From IMG/VR virus record IMGVR_UViG_3300044624_001347: a DNA stretch of 64,000 bases; one strand, written 5' to 3'. This DNA comes from an uncultured virus (IMG/VR IMGVR_UViG_3300044624_001347). Lineage: Duplodnaviria > Heunggongvirae > Uroviricota > Caudoviricetes. The first letter of the stretch is position 1; the number at the start of each line of letters is the position of its first letter. The translations under genes and the position numbers were made by a program. Positions 1 through 9,465 of this stretch are shown here, in pieces. The notes below the pieces were generated by a model. It saw nothing but the letters and a program-made list of their open reading frames with translations. It searched no databases and was not told where the DNA came from.

Positions 1-357
1 TCTGCCTTGCGGCAATGTCGGTCAACGCGAGGCCATGCAGACAACCATCGCGCTTCGTTCGGGACTTTCACCCGCCTTTCCACCGGACATACTTCCGGCT
101 TCATTGTAGTGCGCCATGCCCTTGGCTATCGCGTTGCCTGCCCGGTCCCTATGGCCGACAGGTCGCCCCACACAGGGTGGGTGGCTATGAAAGCCCTTGA
201 CGCAGCCGGGTATGGTGGGGGATAGACGCACATGGCGTTTGTCGCCCACCCTGGTTCCGTCAGGGTGCATTTGAGAGGGCTGCCCGGCAAGGCAGCCCTT
301 TCGCTTTTCGGTATATCCAGATCGCCCGACCGGACGCAAGGGCTTTTCCTGGGCGCG

Positions 358-717
358 CTATCCCAGGGCAAAAAGCACAAAGGCGATGGCGCACAGGCCA
401 ATGGTCCAGCACACAGTGACGTGATCCACGGTGAAGATGGATCGGTGTTTGTAAAGCTGGCGGTTGGTGATGGCCCTGCCGTCGAGGAAGTCGAGGCTGA
501 TGAGCCTGTCTTTTTTGCGCGTCCAAATGCCGCTGCTGCCTTCGATGTACTGAAAGTTATTTTCGTGCAGCCAGACAGCCGCCTGCCTGGGAGTGTTGAA
601 GGCCGCGACCGGGTTCCCCTGGAGGTCATCGACCTCAATGAACAGGTCGTTGTGCGGCACGTTCTGCGTCAGCCGGTGTCTGATTTGCACCTCAACCGCG
701 TCGGTTCCGATCATCAT
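358..717 (-). CDS. Hypothetical protein with C-terminal TM segment
   Basis: ORF; likely start MMIGTD after an AGGGAG RBS; hydrophobic C-terminus; abuts the upstream gene. Confidence 0.6.
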   Translation of the reverse strand: MMIGTDAVEVQIRHRLTQNVPHNDLFIEVDDLQGNPVAAFNTPRQAAVWLHENNFQYIEGSSGIWTRKKDRLISLDFLDGRAITNRQLYKHRSIFTVDHVTVCWTIGLCAIAFVLFALG

Positions 718-719
718 CT

Positions 720-914
720 TCAGTCTCTCCCTAGCGTTGGGTTTGGTTGGATTCGGACGGCCTTGTTTTCCCAAGACCAGCATTCGCCCGTGTCATCTTG
801 GAAGCACACCCAAACGAGGTGATGCTCCTGGCTGTAGTCGATGAGGACGTGCGCCCATGCCTTCCCCTTCGGCGTGATGACGGGGATCGGTGGGTCCAGG
901 CGCAACATGCTCAT
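720..914 (-). CDS. Small phage hypothetical protein
   Basis: 64 aa (LDPPIPVITPKG...LIDYSQEHHLVWVCFQDDTGECW); ATGA-coupled to the upstream gene. Confidence 0.7.
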   Translation of the reverse strand: MSMLRLDPPIPVITPKGKAWAHVLIDYSQEHHLVWVCFQDDTGECWSWENKAVRIQPNPTLGRD

Positions 915-1099
915 GATTCTTTGTCCGCATAGGGATTGCGGACGGCCCGGATCAGCGCCTCTGCCAGTTGCAGGGCCAGCGCCGGGGTCAGTGCGGCGTG
1001 CCTGTCATCTGCGAACTCATGCCCGTGCATGGCCACGATAATCTCGCCATCCCGGATGTAGGCGAATACCTCTTTCATCGGGGGCAGAAGGGCGCTCAT
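911..1099 (-). CDS. Hypothetical protein
   Basis: Coupled small ORF; LTPALALQLAEAL resembles LYPEMALKLIETL in the neighbouring gene. Confidence 0.6.
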   Translation of the reverse strand: MSALLPPMKEVFAYIRDGEIIVAMHGHEFADDRHAALTPALALQLAEALIRAVRNPYADKES

Positions 1100-1272
1100 C
1101 GCTTTGCGTCCGTGATGTTGTCTCGGAGGGCTTTGCTCAGAGTTTCGATCAGTTTCAGGGCCATCTCGGGATAGAGCGCGACGTGCAACTCATCCCTGAC
1201 ATCTACCGTCTGCAATGAGACCAAGATTTTTCCTCGGTCGGAGTAAGCAAAAACGTCTACGATTCCGCTCAT
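1096..1272 (-). CDS. Hypothetical protein
   Basis: Start MSGIVDV after an AAGGGAG RBS; ATGA overlap. Confidence 0.6.
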   Translation of the reverse strand: MSGIVDVFAYSDRGKILVSLQTVDVRDELHVALYPEMALKLIETLSKALRDNITDAKR

Positions 1273-1508
1273 TGGTCGTCTCCCTTGAGTGCATCTTCGG
1301 CTCGGTTGCTCATCCAGGCGCACACGCCACACCCGTCATCAATATCGAACACCATAGACGGAGGGTCTTCGATCTCTTGCAGGGCCTTCTTCATCCGGTC
1401 GCGCTCGGCCCGAAGGGCACGCAGTATGGCGGCTGTTGTCTCGGGCCATTCGCCATGAAGCGCGTTCTGAATAGCGCGCTCAATGGCCTCGTTGCTGGTG
1501 TCGGTCAT
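1269..1508 (-). CDS. Hypothetical coiled-coil cassette protein
   Basis: Start MTDTSNE after AAGGAG; ERDRMKKALQEI motif shared with neighbours. Confidence 0.65.
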   Translation of the reverse strand: MTDTSNEAIERAIQNALHGEWPETTAAILRALRAERDRMKKALQEIEDPPSMVFDIDDGCGVCAWMSNRAEDALKGDDQ

Positions 1509-1801
1509 TGGTCGTTCTCCTTGAGTTTGGCGCGAGCCTCGTAGTCTCGCCGCCACTTCACTAGCAGGCTGCTATCAGGAACATCATCGTCGTCCACATC
1601 GCCGGGTCGGCCATACTCCCAGCCCCAATACGAACGACACGCAGTGTCTGCGATCAGCAGGGCATTCCTCAGCCGGTCACGTTCTTCCATGACAAGGCCA
1701 AGCTGATCCGACGCATCGCGGCAGACCTCAGCCAGAAGAAGATGCCCCTTTCGCTGGGCCTTCTCGGCTTCGTCTAGCAAGCGGTCGATGATGTTGGTCA
1801 T
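1505..1801 (-). CDS. Hypothetical cassette protein
   Basis: MTNIIDRL...ERDRLRNAL...KLKENDQ; coupled. Confidence 0.65.
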   Translation of the reverse strand: MTNIIDRLLDEAEKAQRKGHLLLAEVCRDASDQLGLVMEERDRLRNALLIADTACRSYWGWEYGRPGDVDDDDVPDSSLLVKWRRDYEARAKLKENDQ

Positions 1802-2127
1802 TCGCCGCTCTCCATGAGAGCGGCGCGTGCGCGCTCCATCGTTTCGGCCAATTCGCGCATTGCGTTTTTAAACCCGGAAGGTGTGTCGGTGGGTCGGTAT
1901 TTGTATGCGTGCGTTGCGCTGGCGTGCAGATCACGCAGCGCGCCCTTCATTCGGTCGCGCTCGATTTCAAGCGTGCATATCCTGTTGCCCATCTGCTCAC
2001 ACGCGGCTGTCTTTTTGACGTTCTCGTTGCGCCACATATCGCGCTCGTTTTCGACGCGCGTAAGACGGACGGCCTGTTTCGCCAAGACTTCCAAGAGTTC
2101 AGCCCTGGTCGCGTTGTCTTCGTTCAT
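1798..2127 (-). CDS. Hypothetical coiled-coil cassette protein
   Basis: Start MNEDNAT after AAGGAG; ERDRMKGAL motif. Confidence 0.65.
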   Translation of the reverse strand: MNEDNATRAELLEVLAKQAVRLTRVENERDMWRNENVKKTAACEQMGNRICTLEIERDRMKGALRDLHASATHAYKYRPTDTPSGFKNAMRELAETMERARAALMESGE

Positions 2128-2345
2128 TGATCGTTCTCCTTGAGTGCGGCACGGGCGATATCCCGTTGCGTCTCGGCCATGTCTTTGTAGTTGAGGCACA
2201 TGCTCATGGTGATGCCGCCGATCTTCTTCAGCGCATCCGTCATTCTGTCGATCTGAGCCACCAGCTTATGCACGTCGGCGTCTGCAATGGTGCGGCCTTC
2301 AGCCAACCTCCATCGCACCAGAGTAAGGGTGTCCATCTCAGTCAT
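2124..2345 (-). CDS. Hypothetical cassette protein
   Basis: Start MTEMDT after AAGGAG; ends ARAALKENDQ. Confidence 0.6.
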   Translation of the reverse strand: MTEMDTLTLVRWRLAEGRTIADADVHKLVAQIDRMTDALKKIGGITMSMCLNYKDMAETQRDIARAALKENDQ

Positions 2346-2892
2346 GTTCGTTCTCCTTGAGTGCATCCTTGGCCACGTTGATGCAGCCAGCATGTCCGAT
2401 CCGGCTGAGGTTCAGGCTTTCCCCATTCACTCCACTGCTGGCGATCTGCAAGAGCGCGCCCTTTAGGCGTTCGTTATCTTCCAACTGTGAGGCACAGGCA
2501 TCGTGATACTCATGCCAAAGGGCATCCAGAAGCTTGACGCTCTCCAGCAGTCGGTCGCGTTCCGCCTCTGTCTTTTCAAGACTCTCGTGCAGGGCGAACA
2601 GCTTCTCATTCAGGGTTATGTTGGCGCGCTCGAACTGCTTGCACCACTCGTCTATCCCTGCCGCCGTCTTGAGTTGGTCGCGCTCGGCCTCAGCGCGCTC
2701 GGCCCGTTCGGCGTCGCGTTCGCATTGGGCGTCGGCGTTCGCGGCCTGGGCGCGTGCCGCGTCTCTCTCTTCCCTGAGCCGCACGATCTCGTCCGCTGCC
2801 ATCAGCGCCACCGGGCTAACCATGATGCCGTTAATTTCCATCGGTGCGCTGAACACATCGAAGGATCGCAGTCGCTTCACGATATCAGTCAC
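2338..2892 (-). CDS. Coiled-coil cassette protein (MTDIV-R-L-R family)
   Basis: MTDIVKRLR...AADEIVRLR; heptad-rich; ends DALKENEHD. Confidence 0.7.
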   Translation of the reverse strand: MTDIVKRLRSFDVFSAPMEINGIMVSPVALMAADEIVRLREERDAARAQAANADAQCERDAERAERAEAERDQLKTAAGIDEWCKQFERANITLNEKLFALHESLEKTEAERDRLLESVKLLDALWHEYHDACASQLEDNERLKGALLQIASSGVNGESLNLSRIGHAGCINVAKDALKENEHD

Positions 2893-3133
2893 GGTCTGAT
2901 TCCTTGAGCGCGATGCGCGCGATGTTCTGCAACTCTCCGGAAAAGCTGGCCCACTTCATTGCGTATATGTGCATCGGCCAGTTCGGCCCTTCTCCTTCCT
3001 CGTCTAGTGGTATTTGGACGCCACCTTCAGCGATCTCCCGGAGTGCATTCCTCAGCCGCTCTATCTCGTCGGCAGCTTCTTCATGGAGAAAGTCTGCGTT
3101 GGTCAGCCGCAGTCGGTCCACGATATCAGTCAC
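2885..3133 (-). CDS. Cassette protein (MTDIV-R-L-R family)
   Basis: MTDIVDRLR...EAADEIERLRNALREI. Confidence 0.7.
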   Translation of the reverse strand: MTDIVDRLRLTNADFLHEEAADEIERLRNALREIAEGGVQIPLDEEGEGPNWPMHIYAMKWASFSGELQNIARIALKESDRD

Positions 3134-3335
3134 TGCTTGTCTCCCCGAGTGCGATACGAAGCTCTTGAGCGGCGTACTTCAGCGCCTTTGGTCCTCCGTC
3201 CTCAATCTCGGACAGTGCATGGCGGATGCCGTTCCGTAGCCGCTCGATCTCGTCGGCAGCTTCGGCAGCATCCTGCCGAGTCCATCCGTCGCTTCTCCAC
3301 GCATGAACACGCAACCGCTCCACGATATCAGTCAC
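3126..3335 (-). CDS. Cassette protein (MTDIV-R-L-R family)
   Basis: GTG start after GGGGAG; MTDIVERLR...EAADEIERLRN. Confidence 0.7.
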   Translation of the reverse strand: MTDIVERLRVHAWRSDGWTRQDAAEAADEIERLRNGIRHALSEIEDGGPKALKYAAQELRIALGETSSD

Positions 3336-3648
3336 TGCCTGTCTCCCCGAGTGCAGTGCGGGCGACGGAAAAGGCATCGTGAAGTTGCTCGCCGTGCGAG
3401 TTCATCACGCCATCCAGCGCATCCCTTAGCTTGTCGCGCTCGGTCTTGATTGCAGCAACCTCACTCGGGCTGTGGCAGGGACCAAGGTAGCCAGCCGCAC
3501 GAACCTTTGCGCGCTCGGGCAGTCCGACATATCGCCAACCCTGCAAGTCTGCGATCCAGTAATCCGGTTCTGGACCCCTTTCATCGGCCAGCCAGTGCCA
3601 TCCACTCTGCTTGCGGTTCTTAGGGTATCCATCCCATGCGCCGGTCAT
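3328..3648 (-). CDS. Hypothetical cassette protein
   Basis: Trp-rich N-terminal part (GWHWL...YLGPC) plus ERDKLRDAL...ALGETGSD tail. Confidence 0.65.
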   Translation of the reverse strand: MTGAWDGYPKNRKQSGWHWLADERGPEPDYWIADLQGWRYVGLPERAKVRAAGYLGPCHSPSEVAAIKTERDKLRDALDGVMNSHGEQLHDAFSVARTALGETGSD

Positions 3649-3727
3649 TGCACTGCCCCTGCGATGACGTATCCGACCATCACGGCCAGCATGGCGATGG
3701 CAACCACGAGGATGGTTTGCTTCTCAC

Positions 3728-4039
3728 TCATTGCATGCTGCCCCTGGCCTTGGCTTCCTCAGCCTCAGCCATTGCGTCACCCTGCTGCTCTTCCATCAGG
3801 TCTTGATGCATCACCCGGATGCCATTGATCGCTGTCTCAATCGCGTCCTCTTCCTGACCCGGCTTGGAATGCTTGAAGCTCAGTTCAGTCAGGGTCAGGG
3901 CGACCGCAGCAATAAGGACACGGGGGTTGGCGTTGTTCTTGATCGCCATGAACTCGGCAAAGTCCCCGAAGGCCCCCGACATATGTCGGACAAGGCCAAT
4001 GGTGCGCTCGTCTAATTCTTCCATGTTAATCCCCTTCAC
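3728..4039 (-). CDS. Hypothetical protein (paralog of 4036-4344)
   Basis: Shares P-R-x-L-x-AAV, HxKPGxEE, IxGIRxMHxDLME and EAxEA-ARG-xQ with the neighbour. Confidence 0.7.
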   Translation of the reverse strand: MKGINMEELDERTIGLVRHMSGAFGDFAEFMAIKNNANPRVLIAAVALTLTELSFKHSKPGQEEDAIETAINGIRVMHQDLMEEQQGDAMAEAEEAKARGSMQ

Positions 4040-4344
4040 TGGATCGTGCCCCGTTCGCGGGCCTCGTTTGCCTCGGCAATGTCCCGCTCTTTTTTCGCCT
4101 CCATCAAGTCGGCGTGCATGGCTCGGATGCCGTCAATCATCTGCTCAAGGGACCACTCCTCGTGGCCGGGCTTGGTGTGATCGAAGTTCAGTTCGGTGGC
4201 TGCCACAACAACCGCAGCCAGCATCCGGGACGGCTTGGCGCCATTGAGAACGGCGAGACCAAGAACCGCAGCCTTGATGTGTTCGCTCATCTCGATGATC
4301 TGGGCCATTTCGCCATCGCTAATCATCTCTTTTTCGTCGGACAT
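4036..4344 (-). CDS. Hypothetical protein (paralog of 3728-4039)
   Basis: AGGAGAG RBS; same motifs as the neighbour. Confidence 0.7.
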   Translation of the reverse strand: MSDEKEMISDGEMAQIIEMSEHIKAAVLGLAVLNGAKPSRMLAAVVVAATELNFDHTKPGHEEWSLEQMIDGIRAMHADLMEAKKERDIAEANEARERGTIQ

Positions 4345-4440
4345 TTGGTATCTCTCCTGTCTTTTATGGTGTGAAGATTAGCACGAATGCCAGCACCATT
4401 GCCAGCACGAAGCACACATTCGTAAGGCGTTCGGCGCGCA

Positions 4441-4752
4441 TCAGTATTCGTCCGGGGTCAGGATGGTGGTGCTGCTGCGGTCGGCCTCGGTGATAATCCA
4501 AAGGTCGCACCGCTCGTCGGCCTTGGCTCGCACGCGATAGGCAGAGAACACGCGCCTGCCCCCTTCCATTGCGGCGATAAGGTTCACGGCTTGATCCTCT
4601 TCGTCCATGTCGGACCAGTCGAGGGAGAGGTGCCGCTCCAGGGCGCGCTTCACCTCCCAAGGCTTGAAGCTGTCCACAACGCCGGGCGTGACGAGGATCG
4701 GCCCCTCCTCTACCTCGGCGGCGAACTCATTCCGGGCTGGTGCTTTCAGCAT
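4441..4752 (-). CDS. Conserved plasmid/phage hypothetical protein
   Basis: RHxxxDWSDMDEED...N...RVFSAY...LWIITEADRSSTTILxPDEY signature common in mobile elements; GAGGAG RBS. Confidence 0.7.
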   Translation of the reverse strand: MLKAPARNEFAAEVEEGPILVTPGVVDSFKPWEVKRALERHLSLDWSDMDEEDQAVNLIAAMEGGRRVFSAYRVRAKADERCDLWIITEADRSSTTILTPDEY

Positions 4753-5067
4753 GGGTTGCTCCTCAAACTCTGGCGTTGCGGGCAGCACTAAGCGCAAGCT
4801 CGGCCATCGCATCGACGGCCTCACTGAAGGTAAGGTCTTTGTTCTGGCGTTGGTTGGGGAAGTCCCCGATCAGGATCAGGGCGGCGAGCAAGCGGCTGCT
4901 CTGCCACTTCCAGTCCTCAACCTCCTTCTCAAGGCCCTCGATGCGGTGCTGATACCGTGTCTCTAAAGGATCGCTCTTTTCTTTCATGGGTTTCCCTTTC
5001 CAGACAGAAGGCCGGGCCTTCCCTATGCGCCACCCCGGAGGGTGACGCAGGTGGGAGGGTCTGTCCT

Positions 5068-5370
5068 TTACTTGCGGCGTCCCTTGCCGCGACCGGGCCA
5101 AAGCTGAACCAGACGGAGGTCGGCGGGTTCCACCCTTCGGTGGATAAGGTTCCAGTCACTGAGCTTATCGGCGGCTCGCGTGACGGCAGGCTTCGGCACC
5201 TTCAGCACATGAGCGATGGCACCAACGGTGCAGCCGGGGTTGTGTTCGATCATCCGCAGGATCGCGGCCTGCCTGCATGTCAGTTGGTCGGCGTTTGCCC
5301 ACCGCAGGAGGGGCAGAACATCATCCGGGATGGTCACCTTGTTGGACTGTTCGATGGCGGGCTTGGTCAT
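5068..5370 (-). CDS. MarR-type winged-helix DNA-binding protein
   Basis: LTCRQAAIL...TVGAIAHVLKVPKPAVTRAADKL...LIHR...DLRLVQL. Confidence 0.8.
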   Translation of the reverse strand: MTKPAIEQSNKVTIPDDVLPLLRWANADQLTCRQAAILRMIEHNPGCTVGAIAHVLKVPKPAVTRAADKLSDWNLIHRRVEPADLRLVQLWPGRGKGRRK

Positions 5371-5400
5371 GGTGCTGTCCTTTCGTTCTGTTGTGGGTGC

Positions 5401-5428
5401 ATTCTATCGGTGCGCTGATGTGTGTCAA
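5401..5428 (-). promoter_or_regulatory. Sigma70-like promoter (TTGACA-16-TAGAAT)
   Basis: Near-consensus boxes on the - strand upstream of the MarR-like gene. Confidence 0.65.
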
Positions 5429-5817
5429 TAGTTATCTGTTGCGGGTGCGGCAGGGGTGCTGCCCACAAGCGTGTCGTTGGCAGGCGGCTTCGGCTTGTTG
5501 CCCTTGGCCCTGGCGACCAGGGCATTGATGCCTGCTGTCTCGGCAGGGGTAGGGGTAGGGGCACCGTCCATAAGGGTGGCGACAGGCACGCCGTCCATGT
5601 CCTCTATCTCGACGGTCGGGCGGTAGGTTTCCTGCCCGGAGCGGATGCAATCCAGAAGGTACGCGGTGACTGTATCGGTCGCGGCCTTGGCGTTGGGCGC
5701 CTCGACGCATAGCCCCTGGCGCTTGCGGGTTCCGTCCAGGGCGATGGCGGCTTGCTGCTCGGCCAGGGTGGTGCGCGAGGGCTTGCTGATGTTGTCGAGG
5801 GGGCAGAAGAAAAGCAT
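5425..5817 (-). CDS. Hypothetical protein
   Basis: 130-aa ORF with AAAGGA RBS; Pro/Ala-rich tail. Confidence 0.6.
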   Translation of the reverse strand: MLFFCPLDNISKPSRTTLAEQQAAIALDGTRKRQGLCVEAPNAKAATDTVTAYLLDCIRSGQETYRPTVEIEDMDGVPVATLMDGAPTPTPAETAGINALVARAKGNKPKPPANDTLVGSTPAAPATDNY

Positions 5818-5878
5818 GGTCTAGTATCCTTTGCGTCGTCTAATTGTTCTGAAAGGAAGGGGCGTTAGCCCCCTCCCC

Positions 5879-6793
5879 TCATTCCAGACCGGGGCAACCC
5901 TGCTTGATGAGGGATGCCAGCACGTAGTCGAAAGACTTCATGGGATCGACGCCGCACTCGCTTGCGACGTTCTTGTTGGCAGGCAGGAAGTATGTGCCGG
6001 GCGGCATCTCCAGTTCCCCGAAGTCCGACGCATACCCCTGTCCGTATTCGGTTGCTGCCCGAAAGCCCGGATGGATGGAGGCAATCGCAAAAGACAGGCG
6101 CCGCAGGGCAGAGGGATGCCCCAGACCAAAGGCCATGCGCGCGAGGTCCATCGCATCCTCGGCTGCCTTGAGGCGAGCGAACATATCCGCGACGTGCCCC
6201 TTCTGCCCGCCGGTATCGCTAGAGCATCGCCGTCCGGCAATAATCTCCACGCGGTAGCCTGCATCTTCCAGCCGGTCGCAGATGGCAGCAGCAGCCACGG
6301 CGCTGCACTCGAACACGCGGGAGCTAACGTGCGCCGGGGTGGACCAGTTGGCGACCAGGGTGATGACCGGCTGCCTGCTGCTGGCGGTCATGCCGACAGT
6401 CCGCATGTGCATGGGGTCGCCCGACAGATAGCGGGGCACACTCGGGATCGCCCCGGCCACACTCCACTTGACCAGCGCCCTGCGGACGGGGCGGGCCGTC
6501 TTGATCTTGTCCAGCAGGGGTCGGGCGCGCTCGGCGCCCTCCTCCCACCCGTCTCGGGCGTATTTCAGCGCCTCGACCATGTTTCTCGTGCCGCAGAACT
6601 CTTTGCCGCCCGACCATGCCGATCCGCAGTGTCGGTCCCCGCGAGGATCATTCGGGGGCACGTACTCCATTAGTTCTGCCATCGTGTCGAAGTGAATGGA
6701 GGCGACGCTTTTCGCCGCCTCATGAAAGGCGGGAAGGTAGGGCGCGAATTGCGCCCGGTTGGGGTCGGTCGGGAGGGATCGAAGGTCGCGCAT
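5879..6793 (-). CDS. VWA/CobT-like partner of MoxR AAA ATPase
   Basis: Directly downstream of the AAA ATPase; GAIPSVPRYLSGDP and DRLEDAGYRVEI...LKAAEDAMDL...LGHPSALRR motifs. Confidence 0.7.
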   Translation of the reverse strand: MRDLRSLPTDPNRAQFAPYLPAFHEAAKSVASIHFDTMAELMEYVPPNDPRGDRHCGSAWSGGKEFCGTRNMVEALKYARDGWEEGAERARPLLDKIKTARPVRRALVKWSVAGAIPSVPRYLSGDPMHMRTVGMTASSRQPVITLVANWSTPAHVSSRVFECSAVAAAAICDRLEDAGYRVEIIAGRRCSSDTGGQKGHVADMFARLKAAEDAMDLARMAFGLGHPSALRRLSFAIASIHPGFRAATEYGQGYASDFGELEMPPGTYFLPANKNVASECGVDPMKSFDYVLASLIKQGCPGLE

Positions 6794-6798
6794 GTCTT

Positions 6799-8184
6799 TT
6801 ATTCCGCTGCCAGGATCACGCGGGCTGCCTGAGCCCGGCGCGTCACGTTGTCGGGGATATCCGCGATGATGCGGGCACGCTGCTCAGTGTCGAGGCCCTT
6901 CCAGATGGAAGCCTCGGCCACCACATCGAAGGGCAGCCCAACCCGCCGAAGGTTCGCGCCGCCAATGCTCGCGCGAGGGCTGATGATGTGGCGGATTTTG
7001 TGCTTGAAGGCGGCGTTGCGCGCGGCCTGGACGTAAGCCACCCAGGCGTCATCACCAGCAAGGGCGCGCTCAAGCACTTCGTCATAATCCCAAACCAGCG
7101 GGGCCGTGCGGTCAATGGTCGCGCCGTCCAGTTGGTTCGCGCCGACATAAATCCGATCGGCGCCCCGCCCGAAGGTGTTGGCCGCGACGATGGGGACAAA
7201 GTCCGGATGACGACGCACCGGCTCGGCCCGGTCGGGGAAAGACATGAACCCGTTTGCGAGGGCAGAATTGAGGGTCAGCGGAACGCTAGGGTCCGACCGA
7301 TCCAATTCGTCCATGAGGTAGACGCCGCCATGCTCGAACGCTTGGCGGAAGGGGGTGGTATGATACTGCCCGGCGCCGTCCTTATAGCCGGTCAGTTCAT
7401 GCTTCCCGGTCAAGGCGCCGTCCGAATAGAAGGGCAGGCCCAGGGCCGTTGCGACTTGCTCGCAGGCGGTGGTTTTGCCACCAGCCGCCGGGCCGACCAG
7501 CATAGGCATCTGCCCACCCGTCAACCGGCTGGCGATAACCATCGCCAGGAAGGTGTCGAACATGCAATGCCGGGGCGTGGCGGGCATTTCCTTAATACGC
7601 CCGGCCACCTCGATCCGCAGCACGCGGGGCGCGCCGTTCACGATAGAGCGCGCTTCCTCAAGTAGGTCGGAGAGGTCCATCCGGGCCTTGTCGGCGGCGT
7701 CGTTCACGGCAGCCTTCACCGTGTCGCCCATGCGTCGGGTGACAATCTCGACCACCGCGTTTTCATCCAGCGGGGTGGCATCCGGCGCCAGGATACGCTT
7801 GAGGGCGTCGAGGGCGGCGGCGTGATCGTTCGTGTTCACGGGTGCAGTGTCCTTTTCGTTCTTGACAGGGATGGGGAAGTCCTCGGGCTTGAAGCGCGCC
7901 GGGGTGGGGGTGGGTGCTGGCACCGGGCTGGGGACGGGGTTGCCGTCCTTCAGTGCTGCCAGGGCGGCGCCGCTGAGGTCATGCCATGCGGCGGTCATCT
8001 GCCCGACGCTGAAAAGCACGGCCCTTTCAGACGGGATGCCAGACGCGGTTAGCCAAAAGCGCACCAGTCCACGGGTGGCGCTGGTGATCGAATGCCCCGA
8101 TCCGCGAACCGGGGCGCCCTTGTTTACTGCCCACCTTTCAGCGTCGGCGGGCGTGGCAAAACGTGCCTTGCGAGGCATGTCCAT
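6799..8184 (-). CDS. MoxR/CobS-like AAA+ ATPase
   Basis: Walker A GPAAGGKT; Walker B YLMDELD; HPDFVPIVAANT, YVGANQLDGATIDR; start MDMPRK after GAGGAG. Confidence 0.9.
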   Translation of the reverse strand: MDMPRKARFATPADAERWAVNKGAPVRGSGHSITSATRGLVRFWLTASGIPSERAVLFSVGQMTAAWHDLSGAALAALKDGNPVPSPVPAPTPTPARFKPEDFPIPVKNEKDTAPVNTNDHAAALDALKRILAPDATPLDENAVVEIVTRRMGDTVKAAVNDAADKARMDLSDLLEEARSIVNGAPRVLRIEVAGRIKEMPATPRHCMFDTFLAMVIASRLTGGQMPMLVGPAAGGKTTACEQVATALGLPFYSDGALTGKHELTGYKDGAGQYHTTPFRQAFEHGGVYLMDELDRSDPSVPLTLNSALANGFMSFPDRAEPVRRHPDFVPIVAANTFGRGADRIYVGANQLDGATIDRTAPLVWDYDEVLERALAGDDAWVAYVQAARNAAFKHKIRHIISPRASIGGANLRRVGLPFDVVAEASIWKGLDTEQRARIIADIPDNVTRRAQAARVILAAE

Positions 8185-8259
8185 GCTCCTCTGGTGTTGA
8201 AGTGTCGGCGCCACTGGCGACCGGGAAACCCACCGCAAAGGCGGTGGGAAGCCGGGGCG

Positions 8260-8487
8260 TCAGACTTGGATGAAGGCGTACCCCTTGCCGGGCAGGGAAC
8301 CGCCCAGCATGTTCGTATTCCACCCGTACTTGTTCGCCAGGGCGACGGCGGCGGCTTTGTGGTTTTCGTAAATGCCAAGGGCGTAATCCCATGACACTGT
8401 AACGCTGCCAGCGTCGGCGGTTGCCTTCACGCGGGCGCCCCGGAAGTTGGTGGGGCCGAGAAACTTTGTCTGAATCGCCTGATACAT
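8260..8487 (-). CDS. Phage early hypothetical protein
   Basis: MYQAIQTKFLGPTNFRGARVKA...NHKAAAVAL; GGAGAGG RBS. Confidence 0.7.
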   Translation of the reverse strand: MYQAIQTKFLGPTNFRGARVKATADAGSVTVSWDYALGIYENHKAAAVALANKYGWNTNMLGGSLPGKGYAFIQV

Positions 8488-8544
8488 GGTTGCCTCTCCG
8501 TTGTTGGGTTGTTCTGTCAGATATCGCCCGGCAGGGCGCACCAG

Positions 8545-8739
8545 TTATTCCGCCGTGAGGCTGATCAGGTAGCGGCGTTCCGCCTCTGCCTCTGCCTTCG
8601 TGTCATACGGCCCGGAAACCACGTCCCCGTTAGAGGACACGTAGAAGCCGGGTTCCCCCATGAAGGGAGGTTCGTAATCTTCTGCCCAGTAGGACGGGGG
8701 CGTTAGGTATTCCACGTATAGCTCGCACACTTCGTTCAT
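8545..8739 (-). CDS. Small acidic hypothetical protein
   Basis: GGAGGG RBS; GPYDTKAEAEA motif. Confidence 0.6.
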   Translation of the reverse strand: MNEVCELYVEYLTPPSYWAEDYEPPFMGEPGFYVSSNGDVVSGPYDTKAEAEAERRYLISLTAE

Positions 8740-9465
8740 GTTTCCCTCCGTTGTCCTACGGTTCCGGGCGCACCAGCCTCTGGCTGGCCGCTATCTCCAT
8801 TTCATTGACTCATCGCATGCCCTGCTGGCCGGGCTCCATGCTTCCCTCAGTGTTTGCACGCCCGGTTGATCTTCCGGCATGTTGTGCGCTGCTAGGGCGG
8901 CGTATTGTGCCACTAGGGAGAGGCGTTGAAGTAGCGCCTCGCTATTTCCGTCCCTCAGCGCCTTGCGTGCCTCTTTCAGGCAGCGTTCAGCGTGGCGGAT
9001 ATCTTGAACGATCTTCTTGCCGTCCATGTTCTGATCCTCTGCATCAGCAGCGCGCCGCGCGATGCGGCAGGCTGCCGGTGCAGGCGGGGACGCATCCCCG
9101 CCGGACCACATGACCCCCGGTGCAGCGCCACCCTTGACCGGCTCACGCCCATGCGGGCGGCGCGCTTACGTCTCGGGCGGCTCAATTGCTCCCTACCACC
9201 TAGGGCGACCGGCTCACGATCTTGTGTCGGCGCGCTTATGTCTGCCCCCTAGGCTGAGTTGTCATGTTTACTCGGGTCCCTACTCCGGGACAGGAACGCC
9301 CTGCCCGTGTAGATTATCGCGCTGCTGCTGACCGATTGCGCTATCCGGTGGTGGCTCTCTGCATGGGGGCGGTTGCTAGCCGCCCATCATGCTTGTGCCC
9401 TTATTCACTGTTTCAGAGAGCGGTGGCGCCGGGGTCCTCCGTGAGGTGGTCCGTGCCTGGAGATG

